Of a stretch of DNA of 64,000 nucleotides, positions 37,353-50,230 are shown in pieces. The notes beneath the pieces are model-generated. The model searched no databases. It saw only the letters and a program-made list of their open reading frames with translations, and had not been told where the DNA came from. The stretch's first letter is position 1. Each line of letters starts with the position of its first letter. Position numbers and translations under genes: made by a program. Source of the DNA: Podarcis filfolensis (Eukaryota); the NCBI GenBank assembly GCA_964270895.1, contig OZ185444.1; one strand, given 5' to 3'.

Positions 37353-39529
37353 CTACCTCCTCTAGATCACCTATTTATTGAGCAGTCATCCAAATTAGTT
37401 TGCACAAAGCTTATTAGGAGGTTAGGCTGTATTATTCAGCATTACCACTACTCAGCAATGATTCTCATTGGTTTGGGAGGAAGATATACAGCAGTGGTCA
37501 TTCATCCTGCATATCTACTCTGATTTGCTTGCATGGCGATTACAATATCATCCCATTGATCATTCACCCCACACATTTCAACATGTTTCCTCATCACTTT
37601 CTTAACTGCAAAGTGGATTTCTTGCACCAGCGCTTGCATACACACCATACATTTAAAACACATTTTTCCCTCCAAAGAATTCTGGGAACTGTGGTTTGTT
37701 AAGGGTGCTGGGAATTGCAGTAGTGTGAAGCTACAGTTCCCAGGATCCTTTGGGGTAAGCCATATGCTTTGAATGTATGGAGTAGGCACAGCCAGAGCAC
37801 TTTAATCCACTTAAATCGCAGAAAGCTAAAGTTCCAGTATGCTCTTGAATTGCTCATGCAAAATACCGACAGTCTGGAGGTGACCAAAATACCAGTCAGC
37901 TAAGTGAATTGTCGTCATCACCACCACTCTTCTAAATTGGCAATTTAAAGACCATATGCACTTTTTACTGTTTTAGCCACTTTTTATTATTTTTCCTGAT
38001 CTTACATAAGCTGCTCTGGGAGCTTTGTCGGCTGAAAAGTGGAGTAAACATGCTTAAAATAAATACATCATAAATAATTTAAATTCACCTGCAGAAAAGC
38101 TCAGAAGAAAAAGGAGCTATGAATGTTTCCTATCATCTGTTGCCAGGGAGCCAAGTTCAAAACTATGAGGACTGAACCCAGACGTTTTTGACAAGTGACT
38201 GTAATAACCTTACCCTGACTTTGATCCTTCTTTATGAGTTTTTTTTTGGGGGGGGGGCAGTAAAAATACAGACAACTGGTAAAGTGGTCCTGGAAAGACC
38301 TTTGGGTATACCAGACACAACAGGGACATTTTTCAACATGCAGGAAGATCTAAGACAGTCAAAATGTGAAGGTGGTGCAGTGTGACTAAGGCAATCAACT
38401 TTTCATCACATTGTCTCTCTTCCTTCCCAGATAGCTGGATTAAGTAAAAGAAATATGATGAGCATAGCTTAGACATAGCAGGTTTTGTACAATTGGCTCC
38501 AGAAATCCACGGGTCAGGGGCTGCAGAGGCTGACTGGCAGCACCACATTTTCTTCATTTCTCATTGTAGTTTATGTCACAGCTAAATAAAAGTGTTTGTT
38601 TACACAGAGATTTAAAAAATATCTCTTTTTTCTATTTTCAGTAATATAGTATTAAATAATTCATTCAGACATACAAAACAGGATGTCAAAATTAAAAAAG
38701 AACTGCAGAGAGCAATGTACGTTAACAATGGATGTCCTCTATCTCCCAAATTTTCTTTTACGTGTTCTAGGAAGCCTTTTTTAAAAGATCTTACTATTGG
38801 TTTTGTTTGGATTTAAAGGTGATGTACAAAATGGTATGCCTTTTACATTCCTTCATATAAACAAGATCATTCCATCAAGATCTGGCACCCAATCCTATGG
38901 TCCAACAATGCTGGCAGCTGCTGCACCATGAATATACTAGTATAAGGCTGATGCATTTGTGTTATGATCATATTGCACTCCCAGCCACAACATGAAAAAC
39001 TCAAGAATAACAGTGTAAATGCCTGTCATTTTGCCCATCCCTCTTCACCACATCCTGCCACATCTCCCCACATTCATTGCCTGTGCCTGCTGGTTATTGT
39101 CCCAGTAGGGCTTGCCTCATTAATGCCTGTCATCCACTGCTTGGTCTGTTATCACACAAAATCAGTAAACTAGGAATCAAGAAGACAGTGAACTGTTGGG
39201 GATCGCCCTGTCACCTTACCTGTTGCTCTAAAGGCTCAGGGCAAGTTGCAGACTTTCACACCTGGTGGAGGGGGCAGTGGAGGATCCTAGCCTATGCCCT
39301 ATCCAGAAGACAAGTCACAAATGGGGAGAGGAATCTGCTGATTATGATGAAAACAGCTGACACAATTCCAGCTTTTTTCAAATCACACACATGGCAGAGT
39401 GAGCTGGAGAGCCTCACAACAGAATGGAGTTGCCATCCTTTCTACTTATGCATGAACTTTCATTCACTAAAATTTCAAGATGGCAAAAGAACAACAAATA
39501 GAACATAACCCATATTGTTGGGTTATGCA

Positions 39530-39841
39530 GGCTTCTCCACACATACCTTTCCTCTGCTCTTTCCATGCACAGTCTCTGCTTTAAAGCTCCGTGTTCGAGT
39601 GCCCCCGGCCCCTTTTTTTCTTTTGTTCCAGAGCTTTCCCCTTGAAACCTGCTCTTTAAAGCTCAATCAGACCAAACGGCAATCTGTGTGAAAACCCCAA
39701 CTGATGTTTCTTCAGATTGACCACTGAAAGGCAGGTTTTTGCAGGGAAAGCTCCAGGGGAAAAAATAAATAAATCAGAGATTTTAAGAGCAGACCTGTGC
39801 CTGAAAAAAGCATGGCTAAAGGTGGTGAGTGTGGATAAGCC
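39530..39841. mobile_element. Fold-back MITE with long imperfect inverted arms (Harbinger-like ends)
   Basis: ggcttctccacac / gtgtggataagcc termini. Internal gagctttcccc...aaacctgc pairs with gcaggttt...gggaaagctc. Confidence 0.6.
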
Positions 39842-40882
39842 CTGAATCTGTGCATTGCCATCTGTCGTGTATTCTTCAGAAGCACAAGAAACCAGGAGCA
39901 CAAAAAATTCAATAAGTTCACATGGAAACAGGTGGTTTTCTAATGGTCCCTTCTGTTGCTAGAAGACCTGTTTGTGGTTTGAATTGCACTACGTTTGGAG
40001 GACGGCACTGCCCCTGCACCTTTTGAAGGGCTTCCCTGGAGATAGATAAAAGATGGTTGCAGGAAATGGTTACTAGCTTCAGTGGGAATGTTTTGATTCT
40101 GGTCACCTATTTTTCAGGCATAACTTTGCACTACTGCAGAAAGCTGAGACTTGCCCTGAGCAAGAATAGGATTCTACCTAAGTCCTACCTAAAGAATATT
40201 GTTATACTAATATGAATTCATTTTTCACGCAGTGCTGTGCACCGTCAGGTTGCAGTGTTAGAAGTTATGTTGATAGTCAAGCATATGGATTCACCCACTT
40301 TGCACATTATGGTCATATACCCCATAATTTCACCAAATATGTGTTATGGCTTAGCTGGAACAAAGAATTAGATTTGTTGCATAACTTGGAATCACTCAGA
40401 ATAGTGATGTCTGGGCTCTTTCCTTTTGAGTTTATATGATTGCTTTTTAAAGGACTAGTTTCCATAACAACAGGAAACATTCTTTTATATTACCATAGGA
40501 ACAGGTTGCTATCATGGGTGTCCCCTCCCCACTTTTCAGTTTTAATTCTTTTTTGGCTTTGTGACAGCACATTACTTGTTTTTATATAACGACCTTTTTT
40601 GCAAATGCACCACTTCACTGTAGATGTTTCATAAGATTTTGGTCATATATAACAGAAGAGGAAAAAATCAGGTTATTGATATAGTCATGAAAAAGAAAAC
40701 TTGGCTTGTGAGTAGAAAAAAAATCTTAATTAAGACTGTACAAATGCAGACTCATTTTGATTTTGTGTTGAAAATGCTGCTTTCTAGGACAGAATTTCTT
40801 GAGACTTTCATCATGACAATATTCACCTTTCCCCAATCCTGTTCACTGCCTTTGTTTTCTATTCTCTGCTGCTGCTTTGATA

Positions 40883-41249
40883 AGGTAAAGGTAAAGGTAC
40901 CCCTGCCCATACGGGCCAGTCTTGACAGACTCTAGGGTTGTGCGCTCATCTCACTCTAGAGGCCGGGAGCCAGCCCTGTCCGCAGACACTTCCGGGTCAC
41001 GTGGCCAGCGTGACGAAGCTGCTCTGGCGAACCGGCACCAGAGCAGCACACGGAACGCCGTTTACCTTCCCGCTATAAAGTGGTACCTATTTATCTACTT
41101 GCACTTAAGGGTGCTTTCGAACTGCTAGGTGGGCAGGAACTGGGACTGAACGACCAGAGCTCACCCTGCCGCGGGGATTCGAACCGCCAACCATGCGATC
41201 GGCAAGTCCTAGGCGCTGAGGTTTTACCCACAGCGCCACCCGCGTACCC
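40883..41249 (-). mobile_element. Sauria SINE (Squam1), full length
   Basis: Reverse-oriented tRNA head and (ACCTTT)n tail. 12-bp TSD GCTGCTTTGATA at 40871-82 and 41250-61. Confidence 0.94.
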
Positions 41250-43470
41250 GCTGCTTTGATACCATCCTCCTAATTATTCCTATTCTTTCTTTCTAGATTA
41301 GTCATATTGGTGATTACAACCAGTCAGGGCTCACAGAGTCAACAGGATACTGCCACAATTCTGTATTGATTAGATTTAGCTATCCAATGTCGCTGAAGGC
41401 CAATGAAATAAATTTAGAGCAGAGTTTTTAAACTTTTCTCCCCATGAACTACTTAAAAATTGCTGATGGTCTTGGTGGAGCACTTAAATATTTGTTCTGC
41501 TTCTTGTAGCAATTATAATGCAATATGCTGGATTCTGTATGTTTTTAAATTGTATTTTTTCACTGCTTTTATTTCTTATAAATAAGTTGTATAGAATTGA
41601 ATTTGTAATATGATAAAATAAAATAAAAAGAAGTAAGAAAATACAACAAATAAGGAGATTATTTAGTGCAGACATGCAATGTACCACCTGAATGAAGCTC
41701 ATGGACCACAAAGCACTCCTGATTTAGAGGGTGGACAGCCCTTCCTGATTTAGTCAAATGCTTGCTAAGGCAGCTTCCCACAACCAGAGGTATTGCCAGG
41801 TATTTTAGAGTCTAACTGGAGAGCACTTTAAGCAGGCACCAAAAAGGAGGTTTGCTCTGTGAGTTTAAGTGTAGCTTTCAGCTCAGCCCTACATATAAAC
41901 ATCTATATAAATAAGAAGTCAATAATAGAAATCAAGCAGCCATTTCAGGTTATTTTTTAATTGTCTAAATATTTATAGCCCATCTTTCCTTGTTCAAGGA
42001 GTTTAATGTTATCCCATTTTTCTCTTCCTAATGCTTCCAAGGTAGCTCACATACTGGTAATTTGACAGTGCAGTTCTATGCTATGCATATTGACTCAGAG
42101 AAGTAGTTGAGGTCAATGGGACTAATGCTGCAGCCTAAAACAATGTTTAATAATCCTGCCACATGTCCACTTTGTTGTCCTTTTTGATGCCAGACAAATC
42201 CTTTTGTGTTTTTCAAGACCTTTTAAACACTTTTCAATGTTAGGTCATAGTTATTTCATATTAGCCTCTGCAACATTGGTGGCAATTAGTTGGTTTAAGT
42301 TGTTTGTAGTGTTTTAACTCTTTTATATGATCAAATGATTTTTACTTATTTTTATGTGTGAACATAGCCAGCCCAAGACATTTGCTCTCTAAGGCAAAGA
42401 ACAAGATGTCCCCCATTCTATGTGCAGAAGCCAACTGGCCTAGCAGTTGAGTCTTACTTTAAAACTGGGGTTGAGTGAATACTTTGCTGCACCTGAGGGT
42501 AACAGTTTAGCTTAAGGGACACACAGCTGGCTGTGCAACACAGTTTTGTCCTCCAACAGAAAGGAACAATTATGTGACTCAGAAAGAATAGCAGGGGATT
42601 ACTGTTGTTGCCTCTTCTGCCACATCTGTCACCTGGAGCAGTTGCTTCACTGTTCCTAATGGTAGGGCCATTTGAGCATATAAATTGTTTTGTATTTTGA
42701 TTTGTCTTCTTTTTTGAATTTCTGTTTTACGTTAAGATTTGCATGTCACCTACTCTGTGAGGTGACTGTTAAATACAGAATAACAAATCAGTATAACAAA
42801 TCAGTAATGAAACAATTAAACATAGGATTTCAAAACTCTGGTGCATGAGACAACCTCCTAATATTTTGAACATGGGCTTCAGCCGCAAATAATGCCAATA
42901 GGATGTCTCATGTTGTTGTTTTGTATTATTCATCCAGAGCACAGCATCAAGAAGCTGTTCCCTGTTTACTGATGAGCCACAGCAATGTTTAAAAATGTAT
43001 GAGTGCCAAGACAATTTCAGTCCTTAGCAGTGATGGGCAGTATGACCATTTGTCCAACAACTCTGATGTCTACAAGTTTATTTTTTAAAAAAATAAAAAC
43101 TGTAATAACTCTGCCAGTAGATCACCCAAAGGAGTTTTGGTGTCATATGTACTCTCCCATCAGATTGTGGTTTGTTTAGAGCAAGACATAAGCCTGGGTT
43201 CACACATAACACTTAACCAAACCATAGCTTAGTTCCAAGTAACATAATGGTAGCAGGACCATGGAGAGAAGCGAAATGGCCATGCTTCTTGCTCTCTGCG
43301 TTATTGTTTTTAAGCTTGCTGGTTCACACTTGGCATTATGTGCAAACCAGGTCACTGAATGAGTATTGTACTACAACAGACCATTGTGTGCATGCTAAAG
43401 GTGAAAACCCCTTTGTGTTGTATATTTGGTGTGATACTCTTTATCTTTTGTTGATAATATTGCTATATAA

Positions 43471-43548
43471 TGCAATCCTATGCAGGTTTACTTTGAAGTA
43501 GACCCCACTGTGGTTTACCCCCGGGAAGATGTACATAGGATTTCAGCC
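43471..43548. mobile_element. Short palindromic repeat (gcaatcctatg...cataggattgcagcc family)
   Basis: Inverted ends tgcaatcctatg / cataggatttca. Related copies lie at about 49010-49097 and 57334-57409. Confidence 0.55.
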
Positions 43549-46500
43549 TAACGACAGAAAGAAGCCACACCAGTCAAGAGAACTGGGAATTTGGTGTGTG
43601 TTTTTTCTTGACTATATCTAAGAATGTGGCCTTTAACCTTGCTGGAAATGGTTCCTTCCACCAAAACAAAAAACAGAAATCACATTCCATTTTGCTCCCG
43701 TCTTCCATCTGAACCAGTGTCCCTGGCTATAACACTGCCTAGGATAGAAGTTAATACTAATTATTATTGATGCAGTGTTTCTCAGTTCCCTTCATAGTTG
43801 GCAGCATTCTGACTTCACACTGGGTGAACTCTGAAGCATGAAGTAGCCTCATCCTAATTTCAGACAAAGGAAAAGGAGTTTTTTTTTATTTAAAAAAATA
43901 TCATCACCTTGAAATTAGTTTCTATTACCCTTAAATTATTGAAGATTGACCACCGTGCAATGTGATTTCTGCCCTCATTAATCTTACTAACTGGCTGCAT
44001 TCAATACAAATCCTTTCCCAGTGTTGTCCTCCCACCTATAATTTGGAACTGCCTGTGTCAGCCCATTCTTGCATTCTATTAGCAATCGCCTTCCTTACAC
44101 TTTAATTTGTTATAAGTGACTGGTGTTTTCTTGCTGGCAGCCGTAGATCTTTATTTAGTGGACAGTTAGGCACAAATCCTGATAGTTATTTTCCACTCTT
44201 CCCATCCATATAATCATATCGGAATAGACGTTGATGGGCATGCTGTGGGATGCACGCATCTGTGGAGAGATTGTTGAAATGCCACCTTCAGTTGTAATAT
44301 AAAAACCAAGGTGAGAGCAATTTGGAGACCGAGCAGTGGAAAATGATTGGCTTATTTTATTCAGCATTTATTTGGTGCAGCTGTGGCCTTCTGTGGAGCT
44401 ATTGGATTAGACATCCCATTTGTTAAGTCCAAGTCACTGTGTGAATTTTCTCCCTGAATCAAAAGCACTCCAGTACAAAAGCCGAGGTTGTACCTGGCAG
44501 TAACACTCAAGGATTTTCACATTTGTGAGTTTACAATTGTGAACTGACCTTACCTGAATCTCCTGGAGTAATGTGTGGGTCAGAGCAGAGCTATCTATAA
44601 GGTGGTGCTTTCCTCTTCTTCTTTCAAATATTGCAATGTAGTGCTGGGATCAAAAGCCTCGAAATGCTTTAAAAATGCATATTTGGGGGGGGGGGGAATA
44701 TGTTCAAAGGTAAGTATTTCAATGCATATTAAAATGTACATTTTGTACATATATCTCTTTAAAGTTTGTGCGATTTAATGAAAAAATGGGATTGAATGGA
44801 CTTATTACTGAACACATTTGAAAGTGACACAAACCAGAAATAGTTCGGTATATTCAGCACTAACTGGGTGTGTGCCAAAACTGTTTTGTCATAATTATAC
44901 ACTGCCAAGGGCTTGGAGATCTGATTAACTTAGGGAATAACAACTTCAGAATTTGACCTCATTATCTAGAGCAGGAATTCAGCCAGCAAGGCCAGTGAGC
45001 AGGAATGATGGGAGCTGTAGTTAATGATACCCAGAAGCTACAACATTGGGTAACCCCTGCTGTAGAGAATGCATGGTGCGTGCTGCCAGGTTATCCAATA
45101 AAATATCATCTCCTTATCTGGACACTTCCCAGGTTCATTGTGACCATGGAGAGGGTGGGGGAATTATTCAGCTGTCCAATGATCTTTTCTCCATTGTTCA
45201 AACTCCTGTGTGCTCTTCTTGTGGACTGGGAACCCATGTGCCTATCAAGCTGTCCTGATGATAGAGCTGCTTTTATTTTAGAACCAGCAAATATTAATTT
45301 TCTTTGTCACAAGACTGAATTAATTACTATTCCAAATAAGCTGTGAAGTGGGCCTCAGATAAACCATGGAAATCTAACATGAGAATTCAAATGAATTTCA
45401 TATCCTGTATCCTAATAGATTTCTGGGTATAGAATGACAATGACAGGGTTTTTGTTGCCTTTTGTTTTGGATTTGGACTGCTAGCTGGATCTTTTTTTCC
45501 TTTGAGGGAAAGGGAACTGATATGTAAAAAAGGAGGCATCACTTTTTTCCCCTCAGAGAATAAGAGACATAATTTCTCTAAGCAGGATCCAGAAACACCG
45601 TCCTTTTCTCCCCTTGCTCAGGAATGCTTCTCTAAAACCATATAAGGTCCTGCATGCTTTGGCACAAGCAGGGAGTCTAAATTAAAAGCAATTAGTAGTT
45701 CAATAACTGTCAGTTACTGTTCAGTGTCTTAATGAAGATGTAATTAGCACTAATGATGACTTTATGAAGGAAAATAGCAGTGGATTAAACATGCACTCGC
45801 AGCTCCTTTTCCTTCCAAACGCAAAGCACACACTTTCTGAAGTAAACCTTTATGATTTGAAAAGAAAGAGTTAAATCTGTATGCCCCGTGCCATTCTTTG
45901 CTGTGTGTATCATGTCAGTGAAAAACATGTTGCAGTTGCCTAGATATTTCAGTAAAGGTGTATATCTTGCATAGCCCCCTCCCCAATGGTCTGGCATCAG
46001 TGGCTGGTGGGCCATGCCAAGGATCCAGCCTTTGCTCAAGGATGTTGGCACCAGCCCTATATATTCCTTGGAAGGAAGCTGGTCTGAACCTCAAGTCTCA
46101 ATGCCTCAACCTCAGAGTTAATTTGGAAGTGAACTCTACAGCTGCTGAGGACCATATTCATAACTGCTATGACCACTAGATTTAGGTCAGGGACCCAATA
46201 GTGAGTTGCTTCCCACTAACAATTAGAAGAGAGTAAGATGTGTGAGGCCACTGTGTGGATTCTCCAGGCTTCCCCTATTTAGATCTTCAGTTCCAAAAGA
46301 CGGTCTTAAAGGCTTTGAGATGTCAGTGCTACAGCACGGTCCCCACTTCAGATGGCAATGGCAAGTCCCATTTTAATGGAAACAGAAAGTGAAAGTTTCT
46401 GAAGTTGTCCTGGCCACATGGGAGGAGAGGACAGGGGTGGTATACAAGCCTGCAACCTCCTGCAACATGCAAACACTGCCTCTGTTCTGTGTCAGTTATC

Positions 46501-46886
46501 AGTTATCTGCATTGGTGGGACTGAAGCTTCTTTTGCAGCTAAGCCCAACAATTCAGAGCTGCAACCAAAAGTATTCACACTGCAGTTGCCAACAGCTCTA
46601 AGACAGAAAATTCTGGCATTTCTAATTTCCATTACTGAAAGCGCACTTTTGCAAAGCTAGGCTGGAGTGAATATCAAACCGCACCTGGACACTTCACTCA
46701 TTTTCAAGAGCCCTTTCTAGGAAGAGTAGCTTGCCTTTTTAAATCTCCCTTCCCCATAAAAAAGGAGGGAGAAGAAAAAGTGTACATGAAACATGGGAAA
46801 TCTGGAAAAAGGAGGTGTTTGCAAAGGGTTCTGTTGACCTTAATGTATATCTTCTTGCAGTTACCCCAATAGTGAATAACCTAATC

Positions 46887-47047
46887 CAGGGGTTAGCAAT
46901 CTTTGTCAGCCATGGGCTGGTACATTTTAAATAAAAGGACACATTCTACTCATGTAAAAACACGCTGATTCCTGGACCATCCATGGACCGGATTTAGAAG
47001 GCGACTGGGCCGCATCTGGCCCGCAGGCCTTAGGTTGCCTACCCCTG
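46887..47047. mobile_element. hAT MITE, 161 bp
   Basis: TIRs CAGGGGTTAGCAATCT / AGGTTGCCTACCCCTG. TSD acctaatc (46879-86) / acctagtc (47048-55), 7/8 match. Confidence 0.85.
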
Positions 47048-48157
47048 ACCTAGTCTAACAAGGTTGCTTTTCTTACCTCTGTACTAAGGAGAAGACAATC
47101 TCATCTCTCTGCTTAATCCTGATACAATGCTTCTCAAATTAATAATAAAATAAGTTGTGCAGTTGTATAAGCACTATTTCTCCAGGGAGCCAGTGGCACT
47201 TCAGGGATATTAATGAATTAATTAGCACAAGCCCAGGACGTATTATTGCTCACATTTTGTTGGCAGTGAAAGAGGCAGGATAAACTTGTCCAGGGTCAGG
47301 CAAAAATTCCACAGCACAGCAAGATAGAGTGGTGAAGCGGGGGAGAATCCTTATTCCCCATGCAGCACCTAAAATCCGATCCTGCTACATAAACATTTTC
47401 CACCCTAGAGATACTTAAAGCCCTCTTGTCTCATTCTATAAGGCCAATGCTATGCTTATCCATGCAAGAGGATGTACTGGCTTTTTTGTTTTTATATCCC
47501 ATTGCAAATTCATGGCTAATTTGCCCTCCACTATCAAATAATACTGTACTTAGCACTTATCTTTGCAATACTTTACAGGCCTCTGCCATTTACATCGGTA
47601 TCGTAATCCTCCCTCCACCCAGCAGTACTTGCTGAAACGAAATGAAAGCGAAGAGGATATGATTTGCTTGGGGACTGGGGCTCACAATGGATCAGATTCT
47701 GATACCTATGAATATGCAGAATTGCACCTGACTCCATTCTTACCTACTAAAAATGCAGTTACTTTCAAGTAAAGCTTACCTTCAGGACTGGCCCAGTGGG
47801 ATTAAATGAAGAGTTATTGTATTTCCCTTGGCCTTGAGAAAATGCTGGTGGAATATTCATGACTAGCTCTTATTGAAGTGGCCCTTTCTGATCACACTAA
47901 TTGGTGAGCCACGTGCACTCGGCTCCACCGAGTGCCAGAACCTTTTCTAATCCATGCATGTGGGGCGGAAAGTAGACGACTAAAAGGCAAAGGGAACAAG
48001 CAGAAATGTAATTGCAATAGACCTTCCTTTATATAGAGATGAGGAACAGGGTACCCAGGTCAGAATGATCTGATCTGAAAACTTTTATAGTTCTTATTCT
48101 GTATCACTTATTGATGTGTTTGAAAGCAACACCCTGTTTTGTTTATAGGGGAAGGTA

Positions 48158-48804
48158 TGTGGAGGCCAATGGTTGCTTTGTTTTCACTGTCTTTCAGATT
48201 AGTAGCCACCACTAATTCCTAAGGGAGGGGTTTCTGCCACACACTCCTGAGTCCTTCAAGCCACAGGATGTTTATTTGCCAGAATTCTCCAGTTCAGAAG
48301 ACTCATTCCTAGGGCAGCTCTTGCTAGTCCCATGCCATAGTAACAAATGGTTGCAGATTAAGTCAGTAGCCTATATCAGGGAACAGACTGCTCCTCAGAG
48401 CAGACAAAGTCTACAGCAGGACTAATCTGGCCAGTTTCCCAAAGGCTTTATTGCAGAAGCAACAGTTTCACTCAGTAGATGAGAGCACTCCGGTCAGCTT
48501 TCTCATAGTGCTCTGTCCAAGGTCCTGGCAGTGACAGTACCTGGCCTTCTCTAAGTCAGACCTGGCTGATTTTGCTATAGTTTCCCTTTAAATGATGTGA
48601 ATCTGCTATAGCTGCTATATCTCACCTTACCACACCTGACTATGCCCTTCCTTCCAACCATGGCCTGACCTTACCAGATGTGACTCTGCCTTATCTGCTG
48701 TTATTCTGCCCTGCTAGCAGGCACTACTGTTCAATATGCTTCCCTTCTGATCTCAGAGCCTGGCCAGAACAGGATGGTGTGATCCTGCTCCTCACACCTC
48801 CACA
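48158..48804 (-). mobile_element. Probable old solo LTR, 647 bp
   Basis: Perfect 8-bp inverted termini TGTGGAGG...CCTCCACA. Minus-strand AATAAA at 48447-52. The TSD matches only 3/5 (aggta/agatc). Confidence 0.4.
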
Positions 48805-50157
48805 AGATCACAGTAATGTAAAAAGTTAAAAATTATCTTGCAAATTGCAGCTTTTATATCATTGCCCCCACTTCTGGTAGTTTAACTATGCTGGAATCTA
48901 GAACTGGAATGCATTCACAGAAAGAATCCAGAAAGAAAAATACTAGCCTTCCATTTTTGGAGTAATATTGAGTTCAATGGTTGAGAAAGGCGCTGAAGTT
49001 AGCAACTAAGGCTGTGATCCTAACTCCACTTACCAGGGAGCAAGAACCACTGAATTCAGTATGACTTAGTTCTGAGTAGGCATGGTTAGGATTCCAATGT
49101 TACACTTAAGAAACACATTGGCATTTCTAGATACGAAGTAGTAGCAGCTAATGGTCTTAATCCATGCAGGGAGAGTGTGAAACACTGGACAAAGCATTTG
49201 GTATGAACATCAGAAACTTGTGTTCAACTCTCCACTTAGACATGGAGTTCTCTTTGGAGACCTAGAGCTAAATCACCCTCCCTCTGTCAGCGAACCCTGC
49301 ATCAAAGAATTATTACACATTCAGGTATTAGGTGAGTTCAAGTGCAGCCAGATATCTATTGTTAATGTATTCTTCTTCTACCTTTTAAATGGGTAGGAGC
49401 TCGAATGAACAGCTCTTTTCTATCTATTTAATCATAGCATAACTCCCAACACAACAACAACCAGAGCCTTGTTTTGCCCCAAGCTTGCCAGTCTGTTTTC
49501 AGGAATGTTATGTCCTTATAAAGTGGATGATGAATTTCAGCCAGTTTGCAGCCATCACTCTTACATAAGAGTGTCAGCTACCCTGAACGGCTAGGAGCAG
49601 ACGGCAGAGAGCTCTGAATGAGAAATTTATTTGCCGTTCAAGATAATAACAATGGCTTTTATTGGCCCTATAGAGAGCATAAATGGGTTTTTCAAATTAC
49701 CAGTGCTTTGTTTTTCATAGACCAGGCCCCCACAACTTCTGACCCACCTAATGAGGCAAAGCAAACTAGCAGGGTATTATGCCTTACTAGGTCTCCCTGT
49801 TTTCGTAGCTGCAACAGGCTGGAATCCTACACATACCTACTTGGAGGTAAATATTACTGAATTAAGTTGGACTTCAATTTGTATAGACAGACATGCATAG
49901 ACTAGCACTCTAAATATCTCATTTGCAGAGGCTGCCATATTGTCAAAAGTAGTTTGTATTCTGTCAAGGGAAACACATTTTCAAGGGGACTCCTTGTGTG
50001 CTAGTACCAGATTTTGCCATGTGGTGGTACATTGAAAAGAAATACTAACCACATTGATGTGGAAGAATATTTTGATCATAAGAACTGGACTTTACACAAA
50101 ATAGAAAATTTTGCTAAATAGTTAAGAAATGATGCCTAATCATTGTTAAAGTCACAA

Positions 50158-50230
50158 CTTAGAATCATAGAATTGTAGAGTTGGAAGGGACCCCAAGAGT
50201 CATTTAGTTCAACCCCCTGGACTGTAAGAA
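50158..50230 (-). mobile_element. CR1-type 3' tail fragment (SINE/LINE)
   Basis: tagaatcatagaattgtagagttggaagggacccc. Similar tails lie at about 57285-57332 (-) and 60690-60745 (-). Confidence 0.7.
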
